Below, piece after piece: positions 50,452 to 62,119 of a stretch of DNA of 64,000 nucleotides. The translations under genes and the position numbers were made by a program. Positions within the stretch are counted from its first letter, which is position 1. Each line of letters begins with the position of its first letter. The stretch is from positions 50,902,001 to 50,966,000 of the forward strand of contig OZ336881.1 of NCBI GenBank assembly GCA_965287045.1, written 5' to 3'. This stretch comes from Carcharhinus amblyrhynchos (taxonomy: Eukaryota). The notes beneath the pieces were generated by a model. The model did no database searches, was not told the DNA's origin, and was given only the letters and a program-made list of their open reading frames with translations.

Positions 50452-50661
50452 GACTATCTGTATGGAGTTTGTACGTTCTGCCCTTGTCTGCATGGGTTTC
50501 CTCCGGGTGCTGCGATTTGCTCCCACAGTCTGAAAGACGTGCTGGTTAGGTACATTGACCATGCTAAATTCCCCCTCAGTGTACCTGAACAGGTGCCCGA
50601 GGGTGACAACTTGTGGATTTTCATAATAACTTCATTGCAGTGTCAGTGTAATAAATAAATT
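50452..50661 (+). mobile_element. Headless V-SINE-like element, tail type B
   Basis: ctatctgtatggagtttgtacgttc...gggtttcctccgggtgc...aacttcattgcagtgtc...aataaataaat. Confidence 0.82.
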
Positions 50662-53167
50662 TGTATGAAAATAGAAATGATACGTGTGTAGTCTTTTTAC
50701 TCTTGTCTTGGCAAATTGATTGATTATATCTGAGATTACTGATGTGGCACCTATTAATCAACTGTCTCCTCCCAGCATCCATATTTTATTTATTTTCCTT
50801 GAAAGATTTTCTGCAAAGAAAGATCTCATATAGTTGTACTTATGTTGTGAAAAATAATTTATCACAGAGCGATTGGTCTGTATTATCTGAAAACAACCCT
50901 CCAGATCGAATTCATCCAAAAATGGCAGCCTTCCCATGCAACATATGGAAATTTCTGGGTGGGAAAAGATTGTACGTAAAAGATCCGTTCCAGTTCCTTT
51001 TGAAAAATCATTGCTGCCAAAATAGTATTTGAAGATTTTTCTTCTAGTGAGTTTCCTACTACTGAGTTTCATTAATGGAACAAGAGACAAAATGCAGACA
51101 CAAAGACATCCACCTAATGACACTTAAACATTTTGTAACGATGTTGGTTCTGAGACTCGGGTGAAAACTTTGCTGGATTTGCATTGTACAAGCTTTTTTT
51201 GTACAAAATGCAGCCATTCGTGTCTTAGACTTCCGAAATGGTACAGAATAGTTAAGTGAACTCCACAGGTTCTTGCAATCAGATTAAATGGCCTGCTTTG
51301 CAAAGAAAAACTGTTAAATTGCTGCACGTTTATGCATATTATAAAATATGATCATTTGATATATTTCTGAGTACAGCAAATATCTAGTAGAAAGGTATTC
51401 AGTGGAAGCCTCCAATCATAATGGCACTATTTGGGAGAATAGAATGTCCAAAAGGAATTATATTTTGGGGATCACTAACAAGGTAGACTAATTGTTGAAT
51501 TTAAATCCCCTCAATAGACAGTCAAAGTGAAGGCTACAGGATGCAAATACAATATGTTTACATAAGGTGCCTTGTAAATGAGGAAAAGCAGAAATGGAGA
51601 GGTATAAATGTGAAAAATGGCTTAAAAATAATTCCCCCTCCCTTGTAATTTAAGAATTCAATTGAGTTCCAAATGACATTTCAGTCAACTGTTGCATATA
51701 GCTTGTTTTCATAATATAATTTTAATCAAAATCACTTGGGACTTCCATCTCCTGAACATACCTACATAATTGCATATCAGCAGCTCCAGAGACACCAATG
51801 CTATTAAACAGATTATGCAATTAAGCAGTCCCACATGAAGATCCTTTAGTACAAACATTTCAAACAAGTTGTTTTGAAGCTCAGTTGACTTTAATAATCC
51901 TTTGGCATATTGCTTACTGTCAATGGTTCTGCCTGTATCAGGAGGGGTTTTAGTTTGTGCTGGTTAGACCAGGAGACAGAATTGTAAGGAAAATACATAA
52001 TTGGTTGGGCAGGTCTCCATACAAGAGCTGAAAAAACCCAGGCAAATAAATGGGTTGTTCTTATGCTAATGTACTGAATTGAGCTGAAAATATTGAAGGG
52101 AGGAAGAATATCTTTTGGGACTCTGAATGCTTATCTGATTGAACACTTTATGAAATTAACTGGAAGGTAATAAAGTTGAAGGAAATGCGTGGAAACCCTT
52201 TTCAGTGTGCAGAATTTGTTGCAGAGAGGCACGCTTATTTCTGCAGTTCATACTAATACAATAATGCAATTCCATGTACTATGGCCAAAAAATCTGTTTG
52301 GCAGAATAGTGCGTGGTTTCATTCTGCCAAGTTAATCTTCATTAGCTACTTTTAAATGTCCTTTCGCATTGCAGTGGTGGAATTGCATCTGCGTAACAGG
52401 AAGGAAATAGCTTCCCTTGGCACAGGAAGTTTAAAGAGTCTATTTCCTTCTTGCTCACAAAGCAGCTGCCTCGAGGCTGCTGGGAACTCCCAACACCACT
52501 TTTACTCCAACTTTTTTTTAATGTGATGCAGAATGGACACCATTAAGGTGAAACAGTGCAACTACCTAAAATATAAATAAATGCACTAGTGCACCGTAAC
52601 ACAATACTGTGCTTCGCCTTTTTCATGCAGATTGGCCAAATCATCTCCTGTACTAATTGGGAATCCATGTAGCTCTTGGTTTAGCTGACACATATTTGTA
52701 TTTGCGTCGCTGTCCCCAAGATAAATAATTGCACAGTGGAGTGGCTTATATTGCAGATTATTTGTCAACGTTTTATTCATCCCCATCCTTTTCCTTTCCC
52801 CCAACACAAATACAGTTAGCAAGTTTATAAGACCTATTGTCTTGCTTATAATTTGTTTTTGGGTGGAAGGAACAGAATTAAGTCAACTTTAATCATTGTG
52901 CTCCTTGAGAACTCTAGGAGCAATTTCCACCAAAAACTTGAGGCGTAAAAGAGGTAGAGCTGGCAAGGTGTCTTTAGCTGAAATATCCATTTAGCCTGCA
53001 TTTAGGCCAAAACAACATTTTTGTAAAGTTGTTGAAGGGAACCCTAAGGATGGCTGTGCAGAGACTTGGTAAACAGATGTTTGCAATTTGAAATATCTGC
53101 TGGTGCTTATCAAAATCGTTACAAAGCATTTTGGTGGCTCGTGCTTCAGCTATTTGAGACTATAGAG

Positions 53168-53362
53168 TCGCCAGGATTCTCTGGCCCTTCCCATGGTATT
53201 TTTCTTGGTGGTGGGAGGTGACACACTGTTGGCCAGCAGCGGGAGCTTCTGGGCCTGCCGCTGTCAATGGGGGTTTCCCATTCATTCCACTCCACACTGC
53301 TGGGAAACATATGGCAAGGTCCAGAAGGTCCCACCAGCATGAAGAGCCAGAAGATTGCACCC
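53168..53362. mobile_element. Short TIR element (MITE-like)
   Basis: Imperfect inverted ends gattctctggcccttc / gaagagccagaagattg around a GC-rich interior. Confidence 0.45.
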
Positions 53363-53750
53363 AGTAGTAATGCCGATTTCAAGTGCTGCTTTCAAGAATA
53401 CAGATCATTCCATTTCATGATCGTTAAAAGGGACCTCTGAAAGCAGACTTTCTGGATAACTTTGTCAATATTTCACCAATACTTGAGCAATATTTATTCT
53501 GGAATTTCGTTGAGGATATTACCTGAAAATAGCACATGCTGTGCTCCTTCATCTTACTGGATGCTTTGGAGGAAGGGACTGCTTGTTCTTGGGTACCTTG
53601 CTTACAGGTCTCCTGTGTTCTGGACAGGGAATGGGAGGAGGGTAAAAGGCCAGGCAGAGTGGCACCAGAATCTGCAATGATAGGAAGGCAAAATCATGTC
53701 CTTTCCCCCACTGTGAGCACAGCACATCCCTCCTTCTCTGAACCATTACA

Positions 53751-55078
53751 TTGTTACTGCATTCTTTTTTTTTTTACTGACATTAGACAGGAGCTGCACA
53801 TTTCTCAACTGGATTCCCAATGCAGAAATGTGCAGCATTGCTACTTCAGGAGCCCTTTCCCTATAGTGCAGCCACATCCACTTCTTATGGCACTATCTGC
53901 CATTAACGGCTTAGTTTAAAGATCGCAGCCACTGTGACAGGAGAGAAGCTAAGTGTGTAAGGAAGTGAGTAGTGGGTAGAATGGGTTGGGGCAGGGAGTG
54001 AGGGGGTGGGGACAGTAATAGGGTGGGGAGTAGTTGAGGGGCAAGGGTAGGGTTCTCGGGGTGGGGGAGGATAGTCAAGAGCGTGGGTCAGGTAATCGAG
54101 AGGTGTGTGTTGAGGAGTCCAGTGGAGTCTCAGGGAATCATTACCCTAGTTATCCAGGATTTAGAAGTGGTTTGAATGCCTCTAAGGCCTCTGGTGCTAC
54201 ATTGGAGAACTAGTGCTGAACCCTAACCCTAATGCACCCTCTCTGTTGATCCCTGATGCTGCATGTGCCAGCCGGAAAGCTCCGCACACAGTAGCTTAAT
54301 CAGCAGTTGAGTGCAAAAGCCACGGATGTCTTCGGGAGCCCTGGGAAAGTTTAAATTATGGTGATTGGCAATTAGGATAAAAGTTGCACATTAAATCCAG
54401 ACTTCCAAACAAGTTAAATGCGGCACTGACTTAGTGCCTATTTTCACCCATTAAGCAAAATAGCTTTCCATGTTTACACCCACTCATTTCTAATAGACAC
54501 CCACTCATTTCTAATAAAGTAATCAGAGATTTTGTACAGAGAGGGTAGTCCTTTTAGCACCTGATGTTCTAGTTCTTTCGAGCTGAATGTCAGGTTAGAT
54601 AAATTGATAACTTGTTCCATATGACTAGCAGAATGAATTATCCTTTCTGCGAATGCAGGTGCATTCACCCAGGATCATCGCCTTCGGTAGGGTTTATTCC
54701 AGCTCATTTTAAACTGAACCCTTTACACAGTATTATTCGACTATCCGACCCATGCTCTTGACTATTCGCCCCCACCTCAAGAACCCTACCCTTGCCCCTC
54801 AACTCTTCCCCACCCTATTACTGTCCTCCCCTCTCACTCCCTGCCCCAACCCATTCTATCCACTACTCACTTCCTTACACACTTAGCTTTTCTCCTGTCA
54901 CAGTGGCTGCGATCTTTAAACTTAGCCGTTAATGGCAGATAGTGCCATAAGAAGTGGATGTGGCTGCACTATAGGGAAAGGGCTCCTGAAGTAGCAATGC
55001 TGCACATTTCTGCATTGGGAATCCAGTTGAGAAATGTGCAGCTCCTGTCTAATATCAGTAAAAAAAATGCAGTAACAA
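53751..55078. repeat. Long inverted repeat: arms 53751-54099 and 54737-55078, spacer ~637 bp
   Basis: Manual reverse-complement alignment; 53782-53911 pairs exactly with 54924-55053. Confidence 0.95.
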
Positions 55079-56158
55079 CGTTATGATTATTGCCACTCCA
55101 GGAAAGATTCAGCCCAAAGTATTAGGAGGTTGACTGTTCTGCTGTACTACATGGGATTAAGATTTATGAATGCCGGCTCACTAGTTTGCATTAAGAGATT
55201 GACCTTTATTGGGCCAGAATCTATTTCACTAAGAAAAGCATTGTTAGCTTCAAATATGCAATCTTTCAAGACATTTCCGTGACCTTTAGTACTATATTTG
55301 CCTGCTAAGAACAGGCAGTTCTGCAAAGGTGTCTTTGTGATGCTTGGAGTCTATGATCAAGTCTCCTTGAGTGGCGCTGCTTGAGGAACGATCCAAAAGA
55401 TAAGCAGAGAATTCCAAACGGAGTAAATAATTTACTCTCCATGTACAATAACCCTCTGTCCTCGAAGTAAGATTGTTTGCAATTGTCATGTTTCCAGCTG
55501 ACCACCCTTCAACTGCCAGGACCTTGACAGAGTTTGGGAACAGGTGCATGCCATTCAATCCTTCAAACCTCTTCCTTATCAGGTCCCCTTTTCATTTCAA
55601 ACAGTGCAATTAAATCACCTCCCAACCCTCAAAGCAAGGGAATATGAACCAAACTTATACGATAAATTTAAGAAAGTTAATTTATCCCTTAATTCTCACC
55701 CAAATGCCAATCGTGTCATAAAATGATATCCGATTCTATGTGTCATTAAGGTTTGCTTAAGTTGGGTTAAGTTGGATTAAGCAGATATAACCCATTTTCA
55801 CAAATCCATGCTGTCTCTGATTGCAGATAAGTACACGGTCACGCCTGACCTTGATGATTTCAGTAACTTCCTCAGAAGTGATTTCAACTAACATCGATAA
55901 CTTTTGTCAAATTCTTCCCATCCCACCACAGTGGCTGGGACAGAGAATTTGATGGACAGGCAAAAGGTTCATTCATCTCAGGTGGGAGTTTATCTGGTCC
56001 GGGATGGGTGGGACTGGAAAATTTCAAAGTTTGTACTTCTCAAACTCTCTTATTAAATAATTGGGTGACATTTATGGTTTTTCAATATATAGGCACAGTT
56101 CTTAAATCTGGAGAGCTTTGGAATTTTTCTGACTCATTTAGAATGTTCTCACCTATTT

Positions 56159-56483
56159 GGGCCATGTGGTTGGCACTGCTGCCTTGCAGCGCCAGGGACC
56201 CAGGTCAATTACAACCTTGGGTAATTATGTCTGTGTGGAGTTTTCACATTCTCCTCATGGATTTTCCTCCCACACTCCAAAGAGGTGCAGATTAGGTGGA
56301 TTGGCCACATTAAATTGCCCCTTAGTGTCCCAGGGGGCACAAAGTTAGATGGATTAGCCAAGGTAAATGTGTGGGGTTAGAGGGATAGGGTGGGGGGGAG
56401 AGTCCAAGTAAGGTACTTTGTCAAAGAGTCGCTGCTGATTCGATGGGCCAAATGGCCTCCTCCTGTGCTGTAGGGATTTTATG
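56159..56483 (+). mobile_element. HE1-type shark SINE (tail type A)
   Basis: gcactgctgccttgcagcgccagggacccagg...aaattgccccttagtgtcc...gattcgatgggccaaatggcctcctcctgtgctgtagggattttatg. Confidence 0.82.
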
Positions 56484-57769
56484 CTTTATTTTAATATCCC
56501 AGGAGTCTGTTTTTCAATCTCTAGTATAAGATTAATGGCATTGATCAAATGTTATCCGAAATTGGCTTACTGAGAATCATGTTTCACAAAATTGTTTCCC
56601 TTACTGTTGCTAATTGTAATTGACTTTGCAAGTGCTAACATATTTGGCAACCACATGCCTGCACTAAAATGAAGAGAAAGTTCTGCTTTTTATGAAAAAT
56701 AAAATGGATCATAGCTTTATACTGTTCTACTTGAAGATTACAGTGGTTACATGGTGGAAAGGTGTTTTTTTTTAATAAGACGTGTATAAGATGGAGAAAT
56801 CACATAGGTTTCAACCACCAATGTCTCTTAAACAGAGGCAACTCTTTTTGATTTATTAGTTACATATCGTACTCTATGGATGAGGGCTTAACTTCATTTC
56901 AAGGATAAGATGCAACCTCAAAGGGAGTAATCTACCTTTCCTGTGTGAGCCATTGTTGTAAAGAATTGATGCTATAATGTGCAGGGAGAGGCGATAACAC
57001 ATAATGCAAGATGCAATTGTGATTTATTATACATCCAACATTTTATTAGTCCATTTTCTCCTGTTTGTCAGTGTTGTAAATTAAAATTGTCCGTAAGGTT
57101 CACCATTCCTTTAACTTGTCTGTTGAGTGATTGACTTAAAAGCATATGAATCAAATTTTGTTTTAAAAGTGCTAGAAAGAGATCAATGTACCAGCTATCT
57201 TATCATTTTTAAGTATGTTTATCCAGCTTTGTGCTCGAAGACTGGTGGCTGCTTCAAGGCCAAATAACATTTGAACCTTGGTTGCAACACGTCAGCCCAT
57301 TTTGAAACCATCTTTATCTAACTGAGAAACCTGAAATCTGTTTGACAAAGTGACACTAGAGCCAGCTTATCTTGGAACAGAGTTGTATCTCACATAGGTC
57401 ATTGATTCTGTGAAATTAATGTTTACATGTTGGTCTGTTTTTGTAAGCAAATTTTACTTTGAGATTGTATGTATCAGGTTTGGAAACATGGCTGAAGACT
57501 TAAGGGGGTCATTTTGCATTTGTGAATTTTACCTTTTTTTTCCCCCAAACTTACTTATATCCTTAAATAAAATTGTTTTATTGTGAAAATCGAGCTGACA
57601 ATTACAACTTCTTGCCAGTCGAGATCGATTGTTTATTTTAATCTTTCTGTACCAGAAAATAGAACTGCGTAAGTAGGCTGTAAACTAATAACACAATTAT
57701 GTTTGCAATGTCTCTCTTCCTGAATCCATGTAGATTTTTCTTGACATCTCATAGCGTTGTAGAACATAT

Positions 57770-57960
57770 TCATAGAATGTTGTAGTGCTGAAAGAGGCCA
57801 TTTGGCCCATCAAGCAGGTCCTCTCCTGCCCTTTTTTGGAAAGCCTGTACACTTCTTCCCTTCAGGTGCTTATCCAATTCCATTTCGAAAGCTGAAATTC
57901 AGTTTGCTCCACCACCCTCTGGCAGCATAAGTTTTATCTCATGTCGCCTTTGCTGCTTTT
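57770..57960 (-). mobile_element. CR1 3' end fragment
   Basis: catagaatgttgtagtgctgaaagaggccatttggcccatcaag...tccaccaccctctggcag. Confidence 0.6.
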
Positions 57961-58549
57961 GCCAATTGCCAACAGCAGTTGCCCCACTTTGGCATCACAA
58001 TTAGGGAAAAAGTTTGCATTGGAAAAAATGGGGTATATTAAAATGGCTGTATTGCATCTTTCCAACTTTTCAACTATTCATTACAAAACCATATAAAACA
58101 ATGCTTACTTGAGAATAGTGAAATGTCTGTTGATGAGTTGGTTAAAAGCTTGATCAACCCAGCAAAAATTATATGTTAGACTTGTTCCCTGTAATATAAT
58201 TTAAACTTCCTTCGCATCACTGAGTCTTTCTTTGTCCCTTTTTACTTTGGGTATTTTTTGACCTTTGTATCTCTAGATTGGTTGTGTAGGTTACTCCCAT
58301 CTTTGAAACTAATTCTTAGTGTGCCCAGGATCACACATGAAAACCCTTTAAGTTTGGTTTGTCTGTTGAACCCATCTTAGTTCTCTGCAGGAGTTTCCTC
58401 ACATCTTTAAGAAATGGCAGAACATTGCTGTACCAAGTTTAGGCATTAGATGCCAAATTAATTTATTGGACAATAAATGGCAAAAGCCAATAAATAACTA
58501 AACCAAAACACTTATACGTGTTATAATAGATTATAATAACTTGGACAAT

Positions 58550-58800
58550 AAAGAAAATAAATAAATTGATTATTGCTGAAAAAGAAGCATGCTGTTGAAG
58601 CTTTTCATCTGCACTCAGCAGACAATGCAAGAATGCCTAATTTAAAAGGGAGCAACAATTTGTACTGCATGCAAAAAGGGTGCTGAGTATTTAGCAAGTT
58701 GACTCTGGTCAAGGCACTGCATGGAGATTGCACCAAACAACTATTGCCCACCATGCTTTTGTGTGTTTCAAAAGAGATGCAACGTCTCATCCTGTACCTT
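58550..58800 (-). mobile_element. Possible Penelope-like fragment with a degenerate hammerhead motif
   Basis: Reverse strand 58625-58592 reads ttgt CTGCTGA gtgcagat GAAA agct tc aacag. Confidence 0.4.
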
Positions 58801-58928
58801 CTGTTTGCAGAGGGCACGTCCCTGTGTATGAACATATGTGGCTCCTAGCAAGTGAAAGTGAGTCACATGTGAGCCTGACTGATCGCCTTACATTGGTTAT
58901 TATTGTAATTCATAGCACACACAAAGAC

Positions 58929-59232
58929 GGTATGGTGGCACAGTGATTAGCACTGTTTTCTCAGTGCCAGCAACTCAGGTTCGATTCCCGGTTTCGGCCA
59001 CTGTCTGTGTGGAGTCTGCATGTTCTCCCTGTGTCTGTGTAGGTTTCTCACGGTACTCTGGTTTCTCCCATTGTCTGAAAGACGTGCTGGTTGGGTGTAT
59101 TAGCCATGCTAAATTCTCCCCCACTGTACCCGAACCGTCGCCGAAGTGTGACAACTAGTGGATTTTCACAGTAAATTTTTATTGCAGTGTTGAGCAATGT
59201 AAGCCTACTTGTGACATCAATAAATAAACTTT
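58929..59232 (+). mobile_element. V-SINE-like element, tail type B
   Basis: ggtatggtggcacagtgattagcactg...ggttcgattcccgg...ttttcacagtaa...gtaagcctacttgtgacatcaataaataaac. Confidence 0.88.
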
Positions 59233-59271
59233 AAAACACACTCAGTAAGTGCTGTCCAATTGGCAAATCAT

Positions 59272-59405
59272 GGCTGAGATTCTCCATTCTAGTTCACCCC
59301 ATTGGTGCTGCCAACAAAAACAGAATTTGGAGTTCAGCCAAAGCTCCACTCACCGCAGTGGGGTCAGAAAATCCCAGCCATGGACGAGGTTGGAGAATTC
59401 CAGCC
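59272..59405. mobile_element. Short TIR element (MITE-like)
   Basis: Ends ggctgagattctcca ... tggagaattccagcc form an imperfect ~15-bp inverted pair. Confidence 0.55.
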
Positions 59406-61976
59406 CACATCTAATGTTAGACATTATGGCTGGAATCTTCCGTTCTAGAATGATCTAAGTTTGGTCTAATTGGAAATGGTTTCTGGTGGCAGTAAGATGG
59501 TTGACCAAAAGTGATCTTGTGCCATTCAGCTTATTAAAAATGTATCCACAAGAACCTTGCTGCTTCTCACAGCAGTGACAGACCGCATAGTGTAAAATTC
59601 CGACTGCCATATTTAAAAGGCACCCGGGCAGCCTGCATTTCCCCTCTACCACCTCATCTATAAATGTAGCCCATGCACAAGGTGTTCCCAAAGAGGACAA
59701 CATAGCACCAACTCACCGTTAATCATAATAAAAGTATACCTCATCTACCTGTGTTGGTGAAATTATTTTGGAGGGGAACTTAGTTCCACTGAATTGGCCT
59801 TTTAATGAGCATACATAACATGCGAATGCATGTCAAAGGGATTCCCAACATTGTTTGTCAGGAAGAACTTTGGTGAGGTCACAGTTGGAGTATTGTGTTC
59901 AGTTCTGGTTGCCAAACTATCATAGAATCCTTATAGTGCAGAAGGAGGCCATTTGGCCCATTATGTCTGAATCAACTCTTTAACATCATTAAGAGGCCTG
60001 CTCACCGCCATGCTCCAATCACACATATGAGGTGGGCAAACTTTCTGCAGCTTGCTTATCGTGCCAGATAGTAGAATGAAGGTGTCCCTTGAGAAGGGGC
60101 ATGAAGTAGGAAAATACTGCCGTCCTGCCACCCAAAAAAGATAAGGCCATCCAATTTCAATCCAACACACCCTAAAATTCAAATAAAAATATTTTGTACA
60201 ATGATGCTTCCTGTGCCACAAAAGTTTAAATCCAACTTCCAGTTTCCTGACCTCAGTCCTATTACTGTGTTGAGGTTCTGAATAGGTTCCCAACACAGTG
60301 GAATGAACAATCATAGGGCAAGTTGTATGTAGGCCACTCCTGAGCAGACCCTGAAAGTAAACATTGGTGCACATTTGGAAGCCGAGTATTCAAACAGTGA
60401 GGTGACTCTGTTGATTTCATAACATGTCCAAAAAGGAGTATTAGTGAAGACAAAACAGGGATCAATACTCCCTCATTAGGTTTAGCCCATTTGGATAACT
60501 ACATTTCCAAATATGTTAGTAAAAAAATTGAGGAACCATCGATTCCTTGTACTTTCCATAAACACACGCGCGCACACACATTTTGTTCATTATTGCCTAA
60601 CTCATGGCATGTGCTTGGCTCAATCGCTTTGTGGGATTTGGCTAGAGTGAATCATTACTTACAGTTCAAACTCCGTGTCATAGTTTCATCTGGAGATCTG
60701 GGTGAAGTTTTTTTTTTGTACAACTTGCAGGGGTAGTATGCCCTGCTTTGGCATACATGGTGTCCACCACCTCTCTAATGAATTTATTGGGGTAGATGGT
60801 TACAATGTGAAGCTGAGCCTCAAATCCTACATGATGAGCTGACATCTCAGGACAGCTAGGCAGCAGGTTCTGTTGTGTCAAGCACAAACTTGTGCAGCAA
60901 AGAGTTGACCAAAGTTTTATTTAGAGATCTCACAATAGGATTGTCTGTGAAGGCACATAATCATGTACAAAGAAATGAAAATCCCTGTTTTTGCGGAATG
61001 CCAATATAATCCTGTCATTTGCTGTGGAAATACAACCCTTTAGATAAATAAAACTTGGTAGTGGTGGTTTTAATCCATTTTCTATTTATTTCTGTCTGGT
61101 TGTTTACAATTGCATAAAATATAGCTGCACTTAATACCCGAGGATTGTGGGCATTTATCATGTTCAATGCTAAAAATTAAATTATTGAATTCAAGACAGG
61201 GCTTTAAATAAATTGAAGTGGGGGAGAAGGCTGATTGAGTAAATCACTGTGGAAAATAGTTGATATCTGATGAGTGTCCCTTACCAAACAACATAAAAAG
61301 TTGCAAGAGTGTCATTGTTTGAAGCAGCTACTGGATTAAATTCTTTCTAATCAGTCCGGATCTTCGTCTTGTTATGCAGTGATTTCTGTTGGTGAATATA
61401 ATTCTTTAGTTTGTTTTATTCAAACATTCACGTTCAGATGTATTACCTTCAAAGCAGAGTGCAATGCTGTGAAACAACAGCTCTGTCCTAGGCAGAAGTG
61501 TTGCATCCCCCGCTTCCCCAGTGGCAGTTGTTCTCTATTCTACCCCAATGTTTTAAGTGAATGGGATTTTAAAGGCCTATCTTAAATTAACTTCTGAATG
61601 ACTTTAGAAACTTGCTTGTCAAAGTATATGTGAAGACAGAAGTGGACAAAAGTGTTGTCAGCCCAACCATAACGTTTACTGAGTTTGATATTGTGATGGT
61701 GCAATGATCCATGAAAATACTGGGGCGAAATATTTTGAGTAATGCACTGAACCTTTGTGCTGCACTATTCCATGTCAATATTTTTTTCTGCTCTCATAGC
61801 AGTCTGACTGTAAAAGCAGCTCTAAAATTGAAATAAAATGTTGGGGTTCGTGGGTGTACAACTCTTCACAGTCTTAAAAAGAGCAAGGCCCTCTAGGAAG
61901 TGGGAGCATGCAGAATATTAGTGCTGGCATATAATACTCAAGAAGTAGGAGCTCACAGATCAACTTAAGTCTGCCA

Positions 61977-62119
61977 GCGTTGTTGGTGACGTGGCAGTGC
62001 CGGCGTTGTTGGTGACGTGGCAGTGCCGGCGTTGTTGGTGACGTGGCAGTGCCGGCGTTGTTGGTGACGTGGCAGTGCCGGCGTTGTTGGTGACGTGGCA
62101 GTGCCGGCGTTGTTGGTGA
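61977..62119. repeat. Perfect 26-bp tandem repeat, 5.5 copies (gcgttgttggtgacgtggcagtgccg)
   Basis: Units start at 61977, 62003, 62029, 62055, 62081 and 62107 (partial). Confidence 0.97.

Noticed and set aside
54219-54232. Telomeric (CCCTAA)n seed
   Set aside because: Only two units; expected by chance.
54476-54516. 21-bp tandem duplication (also a 19-bp duplication at 19643-19680)
   Set aside because: Ordinary two-copy slippage duplications with no further structure.
61977-62119. CRISPR-like or coding repeat (NNAGTATSPTTPALP)
   Set aside because: Units are contiguous with no spacers, the period is not a multiple of 3, and the context is eukaryotic with no cas genes.
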